From: Leptolyngbyaceae cyanobacterium M33_DOE_097
Lineage (GTDB): Bacteria > Cyanobacteriota > Cyanobacteriia > Leptolyngbyales > Leptolyngbyaceae
DNA: 64,000 nucleotides
NCBI GenBank assembly: GCA_015296075.1
Contig: DVDV01000099.1
Location: 26,446 to 90,445, forward strand
Reading direction: 5' to 3'
This document shows positions 18,257 to 27,804 of the stretch, piece after piece. Numbering within the stretch: the first letter of the stretch is position 1; every line of letters begins with the position of its first letter. A model generated the notes under the pieces. It saw nothing but the letters and a program-made list of their open reading frames with translations. It made no database searches and was not told the DNA's origin. Made by a program: the position numbers and the translations under genes.

Positions 18257-20188
18257 GTGTTGACTCAGTTTTGGCAAAGTATTAAACAACGAGTCACAAT
18301 GTTACGCGAAGTCGCTCTGCCAAGCGTTTTTTTGGTAGGGCTGATTATTTTTATTCGATTAGCCGGTCTATTTCAAGTTCAAGAGTGGATGGCGTTGGAT
18401 ACTTTTTCGCGGTTTTGTCAGGGCGATCGCCAAGAAGCTCCCGTTGTGATTGTTGGCATTGATGAAAATGATTTGAGGTCGGTTGGCAGTTTTCCAATAC
18501 CGGATCGTGATATCGCGGCTGTTCTCCGCATTTTGCAAGCCTATCGTCCTAGTGTGATTGGCTTAGATTTTTTGAAAAATAGTCCTGTCGAGCCGGGGCA
18601 CGCCGCACTCTTGCAAATGCTCAAAGATAACCCCAACATTATTGGCGGTGAGGTCGTTTTTAGTCGTGAGCCGTCGATGAATGTGCGACCGCTATCGGTG
18701 CTGTCGCCGGAGCGGGTTGGCTTTATTGATATGGTGGTCGATTTAGACGGCAAGCTCCGCCGCGCCTTTTTGGCAAAGGTCATTCAGCCGACGGAGATCA
18801 AATATTCGCTTCCCTTACGGCTGGCTCAATGGCATCTCGCGCTGCAAAAAATGCCCTATGAGCTAAGTTTGCAAGCCAATCAACCGATTCAATTTGGCAT
18901 GCTCAAATTGCCCTATTTTCAAGCAAATTCGGGGGCGTATGTCGGGGCTGACGCGATGGGCCATCAAATGATCCTCAATTTCTGTAGCAATCGCGGGCGC
19001 ATTCGTACGCTGTCAATGACCAACGTTTTGCAGCAAAACTTTTCGCCTGAGTGGATCCGCGATCGCGTTGTGATTTTTGGCATGATTGCAGCCAGCGTCA
19101 AGGATGTTTTCTTTACATCAGCTCTTGAAATGACTTTGGCTTCTCCTTTATCGGCACCCCAGCAAAGTCAAACGCAGATCATTTATGGAGTTGAGGCACA
19201 CGCTTATACTACTGCCCAAATCATTAATGCAGCCTTACATAATCAACCGTTGATTCAAACTTGGGCTGACTTTTGGGAGTATTTGTGGATTGTTTTTTGG
19301 GGTGGGATTGGCATTTTGCTGAGTGTTTTGTTGCAGTCTTTTTGGAAAAGTCTGATTAGCCTTTTAGTGGCAAGTCTTGGATTAATTAGTATTTGTTATT
19401 TTGCTCTTTTGCTGATAGGTTTGTGGCTGCCCTTAATTCCCGCGATCGCGGCACTTTTGAGCGCAGGTTTGTTAACTACTTTCTTTGATCAAGGCTTGCG
19501 CTTTGAGGTTGAGCAACGCCGACAAACCATTGAACGCACCTACGAAATGGTGCATAATGGGCCGCTTCAAATTCTGGCTGCTCTATTAAGAGATGTCAGT
19601 AGTAATGAGTTTCAAAATGACAGTTTAGAGCGCCAATTGCGCCGTTTAAATGAGGAATTACGGAGTCTTTTTGGTCATATTTATCAAGAAGTGTCAACAA
19701 ATCAAGCAAGCCTCTATTTACGCGGTGATTTAGTAATCGATTTCAATCTACCGCTGTCAGATTTGCTCTACCAAATCTACAACCAAACCCGCGCCGAAGA
19801 ATTACCTGGTTTCAAATCGATTCGCACGTTTATTCCTCCCAATTTTGAGGTGTTAAAACAGGCAAACTATAGCCTGACTCAAAAACGGGGACTGTGCCTA
19901 TTCCTGCAGGAAGCGTTGATTAATGTCGGCAAACACGCGATCGCCCCTACCCGTCTGGATGTTGTTTGCACCGTAGAGTCAGGTTTGTATGTGTTGCGAA
20001 TCATCGACAACGGCATGGAGCGATTAGACGCAGACGAACCCCAGGAAGGTCAGGGAACGCGGCAAGCACGAGCGATCGCGCGCGATTTGCGGGGGCAATT
20101 TAGGCGTCGTTCCAATACACCCCAGGGCACAATTTGCGAACTGCTCTGGCCACCCAAACGACCCTGGCTGCGATCGCCGCGTCGTTAG
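18257..20188 (+). CDS. CHASE2-domain sensor histidine kinase (HisKA_3-type)
   Basis: CHASE2 signature VVIVGIDENDLRSVGSFPIPDRDIAAVL...VIGLDF, then three to four TM helices, H-box-like EMVHNGPLQIL, and N-box INVGKHA with IIDNGM. GTG start at 18257 (alternative ATG 18299). Confidence 0.85.
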   Translation: MLTQFWQSIKQRVTMLREVALPSVFLVGLIIFIRLAGLFQVQEWMALDTFSRFCQGDRQEAPVVIVGIDENDLRSVGSFPIPDRDIAAVLRILQAYRPSVIGLDFLKNSPVEPGHAALLQMLKDNPNIIGGEVVFSREPSMNVRPLSVLSPERVGFIDMVVDLDGKLRRAFLAKVIQPTEIKYSLPLRLAQWHLALQKMPYELSLQANQPIQFGMLKLPYFQANSGAYVGADAMGHQMILNFCSNRGRIRTLSMTNVLQQNFSPEWIRDRVVIFGMIAASVKDVFFTSALEMTLASPLSAPQQSQTQIIYGVEAHAYTTAQIINAALHNQPLIQTWADFWEYLWIVFWGGIGILLSVLLQSFWKSLISLLVASLGLISICYFALLLIGLWLPLIPAIAALLSAGLLTTFFDQGLRFEVEQRRQTIERTYEMVHNGPLQILAALLRDVSSNEFQNDSLERQLRRLNEELRSLFGHIYQEVSTNQASLYLRGDLVIDFNLPLSDLLYQIYNQTRAEELPGFKSIRTFIPPNFEVLKQANYSLTQKRGLCLFLQEALINVGKHAIAPTRLDVVCTVESGLYVLRIIDNGMERLDADEPQEGQGTRQARAIARDLRGQFRRRSNTPQGTICELLWPPKRPWLRSPRR

Positions 20189-20300
20189 GGGATTTTGCCC
20201 GGATGCCGAAGTCGGCACGCAGTTTGCCTCAAAAGCCAATGATTTATCGCAGTCCTTAAGCAAGGATAGAGTCAGCAAAATTCACTTCTCAGGTGAGTCT

Positions 20301-20630
20301 ATGGTAAGCGCCTTGCAGGTTTCTAGAAGATATCGTGGCTTTGTTTTGACCCATCAAGGAATGGAGAAACTACAAGAACGAATTCAACAACTTGAAATGC
20401 GGACGCGCATTCGGCAAAGCCCCGGCATGATTGCCCAACGCGTTCAACTTACACAACCCGATGGCATTCACCCAATGACGGTGAGAAAACTGTTACGTCG
20501 TCAAAAAGGCGTGGACAAGCGATCGATTCTCTGCGTTTTTGAGGCGTTGCAGATTCAGCTCGAAGAAGGTGACTATGCCCATGCACGCTTTTGTTTTGAC
20601 CTGGGTATGGCAGATGCGGCCTATTTTTAA
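20301..20630 (+). CDS. Small stand-alone HTH-like protein
   Basis: 109 aa. The segment HPMTVRKLLRRQKGVDKRSILCVFEALQIQLEEGDY resembles the N-terminal HTH module that heads many large cyanobacterial STAND/WD40 signalling proteins (recognised from memory). Confidence 0.4.
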   Translation: MVSALQVSRRYRGFVLTHQGMEKLQERIQQLEMRTRIRQSPGMIAQRVQLTQPDGIHPMTVRKLLRRQKGVDKRSILCVFEALQIQLEEGDYAHARFCFDLGMADAAYF

Positions 20631-20696
20631 GCCTGTTCTGGCTTGATTCACCCTGCTACTCAGCAAACGCAAAATCTGTCTCAAATCTGAAAGGAT

Positions 20697-20726
20697 CCTC
20701 GGTCTTAAACGGCTGAGGCTTTTTTC
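20697..20726 (+). terminator. Putative intrinsic terminator
   Basis: Stem cctcgg/ctgagg (one G-U pair) with an 8-10 nt loop, followed by cttttttc. Confidence 0.45.
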
Positions 20727-21033
20727 TGTTCATGCCTTTATATTGGACTTTAGACTAAACGCGATTTTCCACTATATGTAAGGCCGAACAGCCGTTCGCC
20801 CCTCCTAAATATGGTGTATTTTTTGAATTAGTCCAAACTCCAGTTTATACAAACCAGTGAACACCGACATTTGATAAAAAACCTCTCCTGAAACCCAGAA
20901 GAGGTGTGATGTGAGTAACTGCTGGAGGAAGAATGTTGTAGGGTGCCTCAGTAAAACGCAATCCACTGTCTGACCTGCTTTTGATGCGTTATGGCTGCGC
21001 CTGACACACCCTGCTTGATTCGATTCGGAATTT

Positions 21034-21207
21034 TTAGTGAAGGTAGGAGTGGCCGCGATAGCTGAGTTGCAGATTAGAACGGGGTGCAACACGAGCCGCC
21101 GAGAAGTGAACCGTCGCGCCGCGGTACTTGCCAGTTCGAGTGGTGGGAGCTTGGGCAACTTCGGTCGAGGTGGATTGGTAGGGCTGGCCGAGGAATGTGA
21201 GTGTCAT
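21034..21207 (-). CDS. DUF4278-family small protein (57 aa)
   Basis: Below the ORF-track length cutoff. ATG at 21207 with GGAGAA 8 nt upstream. Product: MTLTFLGQPYQSTSTEVAQAPTTRTGKYRGATVHFSAARVAPRSNLQLSYRGHSYLH. The spaced YRG motifs and the size match cyanobacterial DUF4278. Confidence 0.7.
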   Translation of the reverse strand: MTLTFLGQPYQSTSTEVAQAPTTRTGKYRGATVHFSAARVAPRSNLQLSYRGHSYLH

Positions 21208-21612
21208 GGGGGCTTTCTCCGAGTTGTGTAGGTGGTGTTTGCCGATGAGTTAATCATGTAGTTTTCTTGGCTGAAACCAGGTGACGCAACACCGTGTTAG
21301 AGCGTGAACCTCCGCACTTATTTCTCTGATGGAAATCAACGTTCTCCACTAATCGCTATCACCCTTGCCGATGATCAGCCGCAACTCGCGCCGTGATCGA
21401 GATCACAATCCGTAGCGGAAAAGTGTTAGGGCACCCCCCGATCGCCCTTTCCTTATTCCTTCAGCATCGAAATTTAAGACAGAACTAATTCGGCGCAGAC
21501 ACTTTACAACTCGCAGCAAAAAAGTTCCTGATTCCTCAAACTTTCCGCCGAAATTGCTATTACGGCAGCATTGACCGGAGTTTTCATCAGTGCCATGTGA
21601 TGCCTTTTCCCC

Positions 21613-22938
21613 ATGACTCAACTGTTCCCCCTCCCTATAATTCAGCCTTTTGAGCGGTTACAAGTAACGGATGGTTTACGGATAACCGCCGATCGCTGGC
21701 AACGGGCACACGACTATCACCGTCACCGCCAAAACCTGCACTATCAGTCCGTTCATCAACCTGGTATTGTCTACGGGTTAGGAGTTTACCCGACGGTTGC
21801 TCCCGCCGATGTGCCCAGCAAATATCGCGATGGTTACTGGCTTCAGATTCAACCTGGGATTGCGATCGATGTAATGGGCAACCCGATCATCGTGCCAGAG
21901 CCGATAGACTTTCACATTACAACTCGCCCCACCACAGAAACGGTTGTGGTGTACCTGGTCTTGAGCTACGTTGACCCCACGGAATTGAAGGGGTTAGAGC
22001 GGCAAGAAATGGTACGCGAGACCTTTCGGATTGATGAGAAAAACTCACCTCCGATCGCGCGAGAAGTTGAGTTATGCCGGATTCAGCTCAGCCCGGATGG
22101 CGCCCAGCTAGAAGTACCCGGCGATGTATTTGCCCCTGGCTTCAATCAAATTGATGTGCGCGATCGCCTGAGCGTGCAAGCCCGTCCCCACACGATGGTG
22201 ATGCTGGCAGAGGTCGTTCACCCAGATGATCCAACGGCTTATCGGCGTTCAACGCAACTGGCAAGCTTTGTGCGATCGGTGTCGCCACTCTATCCGGCGA
22301 TGGGTGCCCAGTTAACGGCGCTTTCGCTCTATGAGTTACAAGCAACAACGACGCCCATCGATCTACTCTATTTCACGGGTGAGCAACCCTTTTTGCCAAC
22401 CCAGACTGAAGCAACTGCCCTGCAAACCTATTTAGAACAAGGTGGTGTGCTGCTGGTAGATGTGCCTGCGACAGGTGCAGCCCTGGCAAAAAGCATGATG
22501 GATTTTGCTCAGTCAATTGGCACCCCCTTGCAGTATTTAGAACCCCCGTTACCGTTGCGGGCGATCGCCACGCCTGACCGTCAACATCCTCTGCGCACGT
22601 CGCCTTTTGTGTTTGCCCAGTTGCCTCACTTTGCTGAACAACCGATCCAGGTTTTGGTCGGGGGTGGCATCGTGCTGGTGTTGGGCGACCTGGCGAGTGC
22701 GTGGGGTGTGAGTGACGATCGCCTGCTGCCCCGCGAAATGATTCGCACTGCGCAAGAATTTGGCATTAATATCCTGAGCTTTGCCGCCAAGCGGAGAAAT
22801 TGGATGCAACTGGTGCGATCGCCGCAACCCCTGACCTACTCGTCATCTAGCCCATTTGAAAGTGCCGCTGCTGTTCCCCGCAATGTGGGTGAAAAGCCAC
22901 ACTCGAAACAAATGGAGCGCATTATCGGGCAACTCTAA
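21613..22938 (+). CDS. Hypothetical protein: unknown N-terminal domain plus DUF4159-like C-terminal half
   Basis: 441 aa. LLYFTGEQPFLPTQTEATALQTYLEQGGVLLVD, GIVLVLGDLASAWG and AQEFGINILSFAA match my recollection of DUF4159. The N-terminal ~190 aa is unassigned. Confidence 0.6.
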   Translation: MTQLFPLPIIQPFERLQVTDGLRITADRWQRAHDYHRHRQNLHYQSVHQPGIVYGLGVYPTVAPADVPSKYRDGYWLQIQPGIAIDVMGNPIIVPEPIDFHITTRPTTETVVVYLVLSYVDPTELKGLERQEMVRETFRIDEKNSPPIAREVELCRIQLSPDGAQLEVPGDVFAPGFNQIDVRDRLSVQARPHTMVMLAEVVHPDDPTAYRRSTQLASFVRSVSPLYPAMGAQLTALSLYELQATTTPIDLLYFTGEQPFLPTQTEATALQTYLEQGGVLLVDVPATGAALAKSMMDFAQSIGTPLQYLEPPLPLRAIATPDRQHPLRTSPFVFAQLPHFAEQPIQVLVGGGIVLVLGDLASAWGVSDDRLLPREMIRTAQEFGINILSFAAKRRNWMQLVRSPQPLTYSSSSPFESAAAVPRNVGEKPHSKQMERIIGQL

Positions 22939-23010
22939 CCCGTTGGCTCAGTGGGGCGATCGATAGTTTCTCCGAGTTCCTGTTACATCTCACTTATCAG
23001 GCAGCCTACC

Positions 23011-25263
23011 ATGCCCAAACTCACCAAACTGATTGACATTGCGACCCCTGAGCAGATTGTGCCGCTAAAGCCGGGGCAACCTGCCGAGTTTGAAGTTGAA
23101 GTGGTCAATCAGAGCGACCAATTTGCTTCCTTTCAGCTTGAGTTAGAGTCTGAGGGAGCTGGCACAAGCTGGTATCGGCTATCGCCTGAAGTGTCGGCCA
23201 AAAAGCCACCGGGCAGCAAAACAACCTTTCGCGTCAAAATTCTTGATACCCCAGTCCCTGGCTTTGTCGGTCGCATGAATTTGCTGGTGCTGGTTAGCTC
23301 ACCTGAGCTGCGTCAGCAAGAACGCCGGATTGTGCGGTTACAAATTGAGGCGAGTGCGGCGCGAGTGACGTTACGGGTCAGCCTGCCGACGCGCAACTTT
23401 GAGCAGCGACCCTACGATCGCTTTTTGATTCCGGTGATGGTGTACAACCCATCCAAGGAGCCAATTGTGGATGCGGTGTTACGCGTCACAGGCAAGGATG
23501 GCGACACCACCATTGAGCACTGGCTCGAAAATGCCGAAGAACCCTTGCCACGCCTCACGACGGGGACTCGCGAGTTTACCTTCCGCTGTCGCGTTCCTCG
23601 CCAAACTATTGCTTCCAATCACCTCTTCACTGTTGGCATTTACCGCAACGAAGAATGCCTTGACTCCGCCGAAGGGATTGTCAACATTCTGCCGGATGGC
23701 TACGTGGATTTTGTTTGTCAACCAGAGACGCAGCATTTGCGACACAACGGCTGGCTACCCGATCGCAACAACCGCACTGTTACTTATGAATTGCAGCTCG
23801 ACAACCAGAGCAACCTGCCTCAGCAAGCACAGGTCAGGCTGGAACCTGTCGAAGGCCAATCAGCTTGCCAGTATTATCTGGAGGTCGCACCAACCCTTGA
23901 CCCTGATGATTTCGAGCATAACGGTAATGGGCATCGGCCAACAAAGGTTTTGCCCTCTGCGACTCTGGTAGACCCCCTCCCTGAAGCTGAGCTTCCAACC
24001 AGAACCGGGGTCAGCTCTCCCTATACGCCGCTTGCACCCGCTCAAAAGCTGGTCTTTAATCTCGAAGTCAGCAAAAATCGGCGTCCCTGGTTGGGGTTGC
24101 CGCGCAAGTACCTGTTTCTGGTGCAGGCTGAGATGCAAGAGCAGCGTCTGGATGTGCGAAATGACACCCAACTTTTGCGCCTTTGGATTCACCCTCACAT
24201 TCCCTTAAAGACTCAACTTCTCGGCGGTTTAGGATTGTTGGCGTTGCTCTGGTTCGTCTTAATCTCGCCTCTCTCAAAGCACAGCCGTGCGGTGAATTCG
24301 GTTCAGTTTAATGGGGCGGGCGATCGCTTGATTAGTGCTTCCGATGATCAAAGTCTAATGCGGTGGAATGTGGGGGGCTTTTTTAACCCGTTCACCCGCG
24401 CCAATTTAGGCGTGATTGGGCGGACAGGCAAAGCGGTGCGAGTCGCGCGTTACCGTCCTGTGAGTAACGATTTGGTCGCGGCGGGGCTAGAAAATGGCGA
24501 CATCCAACTCTGGAGCGCGATCGCCCCAAAACAGCAGCCGATCAGAACCTTGACCCGTCAACGCGACGACCGGGTGCTGGATCTGGCCTTTAGCCGTGAT
24601 GCCCGTTATTTGTTTAGCAGTCATGGCAGTGGCACCGTGCAGCAATGGCAGGTCGATCGCGTCTTGAGTACCCCCAGCAGCCTCGACCAGCAGGCCCTTG
24701 GCAGTACCCCCGCACTCGGATTCGCCGCCTACGCCCTGGCTCCGATTGGCACGAATGATCAGCTTGCGATTGGGGGGCAATTTAATCGATTGCTGTTGTG
24801 GAACTGGCAAACTAACACTCAAAAGCCACTCAACTATCCCCCTGGCAGCAAAGACGATTACATCCTCAGTTTGGCAAGCGCTGACTATCAGTCTGACCGA
24901 CTGGCGGTTTCGGATAATCGCGGCAACATCACGCTGATGACATGCACTCAGGATACGTGCAACACGATTGAAGCGTGGCAGGCCAGCGATCGCCCGATTC
25001 ATTCTGTCGCGTTTAGCCCCAATGGTTGTTACCTCGCCAGCGCTGGGGATGATGGCAGAGTCACGCTTTGGGGCATTGGCACGGATGGCAGACGCATCGC
25101 TGATTCCCGCACGGGTCGAGTGGTCGCTCGGCCTAACAGTCAAATTCGCAGCGTTTCTCTGGCTCAACATGAAAACCAACTCCTGGTTGCAACTGGCACC
25201 GAAGACACGAAAGTCCGCGTGACTCGACTGAATGGATTTAACCAGTCATGCGGGAGGCGATAA
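23011..25263 (+). CDS. Bitopic protein: Ig-like (CARDB/NEW3-like) modules, one TM helix, C-terminal WD40 propeller
   Basis: ATG 23011 (the ORF opens at GTG 22951). PGQPAEFEVEVVNQSDQFASFQLEL beta-sandwich pattern. TM QLLGGLGLLALLWFVLISPL (24214-24273). WD40 blades include HSRAVNSVQFNGAGDRLISASDDQSLMRWNV and DRPIHSVAFSPNGCYLASAGDDGRVTLWGI. Confidence 0.8.
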   Translation: MPKLTKLIDIATPEQIVPLKPGQPAEFEVEVVNQSDQFASFQLELESEGAGTSWYRLSPEVSAKKPPGSKTTFRVKILDTPVPGFVGRMNLLVLVSSPELRQQERRIVRLQIEASAARVTLRVSLPTRNFEQRPYDRFLIPVMVYNPSKEPIVDAVLRVTGKDGDTTIEHWLENAEEPLPRLTTGTREFTFRCRVPRQTIASNHLFTVGIYRNEECLDSAEGIVNILPDGYVDFVCQPETQHLRHNGWLPDRNNRTVTYELQLDNQSNLPQQAQVRLEPVEGQSACQYYLEVAPTLDPDDFEHNGNGHRPTKVLPSATLVDPLPEAELPTRTGVSSPYTPLAPAQKLVFNLEVSKNRRPWLGLPRKYLFLVQAEMQEQRLDVRNDTQLLRLWIHPHIPLKTQLLGGLGLLALLWFVLISPLSKHSRAVNSVQFNGAGDRLISASDDQSLMRWNVGGFFNPFTRANLGVIGRTGKAVRVARYRPVSNDLVAAGLENGDIQLWSAIAPKQQPIRTLTRQRDDRVLDLAFSRDARYLFSSHGSGTVQQWQVDRVLSTPSSLDQQALGSTPALGFAAYALAPIGTNDQLAIGGQFNRLLLWNWQTNTQKPLNYPPGSKDDYILSLASADYQSDRLAVSDNRGNITLMTCTQDTCNTIEAWQASDRPIHSVAFSPNGCYLASAGDDGRVTLWGIGTDGRRIADSRTGRVVARPNSQIRSVSLAQHENQLLVATGTEDTKVRVTRLNGFNQSCGRR

Positions 25264-25266
25264 CTA

Positions 25267-27729
25267 ATGACCAAAGAATTACCGATTACCTCGACCTCCT
25301 CTAGCTTGGGGATGACCGTTGCTGACCTGTTTCTTTTGCCTGAAACGGTGCAAGCCTTGGCCCGCCTCTTTTTACATCAAAAGGAACCGCAGTCACTCGA
25401 AGCGATCGCGGCGCAGCTCAATCAGCCCGTGCCTGCCACCCAAACCCAACTTGAAACCATGATGCAACGGGGTTTGGTGGAGAAAGTCACGATCAACAAT
25501 GTGACCTATTATCAGAAAGCGATCGGTCAAAAGCGGGGTGGTCAAATTGCCGAACAACTGTTTCAATCGTTGGCTCCTGGCTCGCCGCTCGCCGTGATTC
25601 GCAACCCAAGTGGTGAGCAACGGGTGATTGCAGGTGAAGAATTTTTCTTGTCAGTGACGATTAAGAATCAAGGACAATGGAGTGCCCTGGTCGATGTCTT
25701 TTTAGAAGAAGGCTCCGAACCTTACGAATGGTGTTTAGACCCCTGCGATCGCCTCGCGCTGGAACATCCCCCTCAACTGACGCTAGGGGCGATCAACACC
25801 TTTGATTTGGCAGAAACGGCTTCGGGTACATCGGGCGAGGTCTTATTTCACTTTCGAGTGCCCGTCACTGCCACTGCCCAGGTCTACACCTACACCCTCG
25901 TGGTGGATGCCCGTGACCACTATCCCGAAGTGACACCGCTTTACTACCAGCAGAGTGTGCGGGTACTGCCACCTGTACGGCAGGTGCAGAAGGCGAAGGA
26001 TCCAACTTTTACCGTTCTACCTGTCACCACCTCGGCTCGACCTGGTCAAGTGCCGCTAGAGGTGCAGGTCACGGTTCACAACATCTCAAATCGGGTCGAT
26101 CGCTTTCGGCTCACCTGTCCCGACCTGGCTGAAGACTGGTATACCGTCCGCTACCCTGAAGCCTTAGAAACCCCCGGTGTGGTGTTGGAGACGAGTAGTC
26201 TGGCGTTAAACCCCGGTGCCAAAGGCGATATTTTTCTGCTGCTCCACCCACCCCGACTCACGCCTGCCGGAATTTATTCACCCACGCTGCGGTTGCAGTC
26301 GGTCAATAATCCCGATTTAGCTCTGCTTGACCTGGTTTACCTGGAGGTGTCACCCAACTACGACCTCAGCCTGGAGCTACGCACCCTCAAGGGCAGCATT
26401 CGCCAAGGTCCTGGTGAGTATGAGGTGGCACTGGTGAATCGGGGTAACACCAACCGAGATCTGCGGCTGATGGCGATCGGTGGCGAAGACAGTCCGCTTT
26501 GCGACTATCAACTCTGGCACGAGGAGGTACGGCTGGCACCTTATCAGGCAGAGGTTGTGCCATTAAGCGTGCAACCGTTGAAGTGGTGGCAACGCCCCTG
26601 GTTTGGTAAGAGCAAAGCGATTCACTTTTTTGTCGAGCCAGCAGACGCAGCGGCGTTACCAATCAATCCACCCCGGTTGCCGGGTGTCTTGCTTTGGAAA
26701 CCGCGCCCCTGGTGGCAATCGCTCAGCGGCTTGCTGGGATTATTGCTGTTGCTGGGTTTGCTCGGCTTCCTGATCTGGAAGTTCTTTCCGCGATCGCCCG
26801 CCCCACCGCGGATTCTGACTTTTGAGGCGGCAGACACAACCTATCGGGAAGCAACGGGTGAAGCTATCCGGCTAAACTGGCAGATTCGCAATCCACGTGC
26901 GTTGCAAGAGCTACGGCTGACCAGCAGTGCTGAGCAAAACACAACAGCGATGCGGCCTATAGTTTATGACTTGCGGCAGGGCATTCCAGAATCGCTAAAA
27001 CCTTTTTGTGGAGCGACTTTGCGACCTGTTTTGATTTGTCAGGGTGTGCCCACTGCAGCCCGTAAAGCCGGAACCTATGCCTTTGAGCTGGCGATCGTCC
27101 CCAGGAATACTGAGGGAGAACCGACTGATACGAGAAAAACGGAGGCGATCGCGATTCAGGCTCCACCCGCTCAAAGTCCGGTTATTACTGAATTCAAGAT
27201 TGACAACCAGGAGGCTCGCCCGCGCCACCTGATTGCGATCAATCCCCGACAACCGATCAAGCAGGTAGTAATTAGTTGGAAAGTGCAGGGCGGCAATGAT
27301 GTCAAAGTCGAGCTTTTGCCGGCACCGGGTAGCGTGCGACCTGCGGGTGCCCTCGCCTATCGTGTCACCCCCCGGATTGGAGCCGAAACCTACACCCTAA
27401 AAGCTCGTAATGCCGCTGGGCAAGAAGTCAGCCGCTCTGTAGTGATTGAGACGTTTGACCCGACAGCGCTTGTCCCTTCGCCGTCACCATCTCCCCTGGT
27501 GCTGCCGCCTGGTGGGGGTGGGGCACCCCTCCCACCAATTCCTGTACCTAGTGGAGCCTTACCTGGCACAACGCCTCCAGGTGGACAACCCTCTGACTCA
27601 GGCCAACCGGGTGGGCGACCCAGTCCAACGGCTCCTGCCAAACCAGCTGCGCCTGCTAATCCAGCGGCACCCGCGCCTGCCGATCCGAATCGCCTCTCGC
27701 CTTCAGAGTTGCCACCTCAATTCAATTAA
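25267..27729 (+). CDS. Bitopic protein: winged-helix-like N-terminus, Ig-like modules, one TM helix, beta-rich region, Pro/Ala-rich tail
   Basis: 820 aa. The ATG lies 3 nt after the upstream stop. SLEAIAAQLNQPVPATQTQLETMMQRGLVEKVTINNVTYYQ is wHTH-like. Repeated VxVxNxGN modules. TM SLSGLLGLLLLLGLLGFLIW (about 26719-26787). Pro-rich tail at about 27456-27726. Confidence 0.75.
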   Translation: MTKELPITSTSSSLGMTVADLFLLPETVQALARLFLHQKEPQSLEAIAAQLNQPVPATQTQLETMMQRGLVEKVTINNVTYYQKAIGQKRGGQIAEQLFQSLAPGSPLAVIRNPSGEQRVIAGEEFFLSVTIKNQGQWSALVDVFLEEGSEPYEWCLDPCDRLALEHPPQLTLGAINTFDLAETASGTSGEVLFHFRVPVTATAQVYTYTLVVDARDHYPEVTPLYYQQSVRVLPPVRQVQKAKDPTFTVLPVTTSARPGQVPLEVQVTVHNISNRVDRFRLTCPDLAEDWYTVRYPEALETPGVVLETSSLALNPGAKGDIFLLLHPPRLTPAGIYSPTLRLQSVNNPDLALLDLVYLEVSPNYDLSLELRTLKGSIRQGPGEYEVALVNRGNTNRDLRLMAIGGEDSPLCDYQLWHEEVRLAPYQAEVVPLSVQPLKWWQRPWFGKSKAIHFFVEPADAAALPINPPRLPGVLLWKPRPWWQSLSGLLGLLLLLGLLGFLIWKFFPRSPAPPRILTFEAADTTYREATGEAIRLNWQIRNPRALQELRLTSSAEQNTTAMRPIVYDLRQGIPESLKPFCGATLRPVLICQGVPTAARKAGTYAFELAIVPRNTEGEPTDTRKTEAIAIQAPPAQSPVITEFKIDNQEARPRHLIAINPRQPIKQVVISWKVQGGNDVKVELLPAPGSVRPAGALAYRVTPRIGAETYTLKARNAAGQEVSRSVVIETFDPTALVPSPSPSPLVLPPGGGGAPLPPIPVPSGALPGTTPPGGQPSDSGQPGGRPSPTAPAKPAAPANPAAPAPADPNRLSPSELPPQFN

Positions 27730-27804
27730 TTTTGAGGGAGCAAAACCAAGGCAGTTTATGTTGTGGTTCGACATGCTCAAAATTGTAGTCGTTAGCCCTA
27801 AACC

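Noticed and set aside
20805-21231. ORFs 20805..21158(-) and 21037..21231(+).
   Set aside because: They are superseded by the 57-aa DUF4278 frame (21034..21207, minus), which has an RBS and family motifs.
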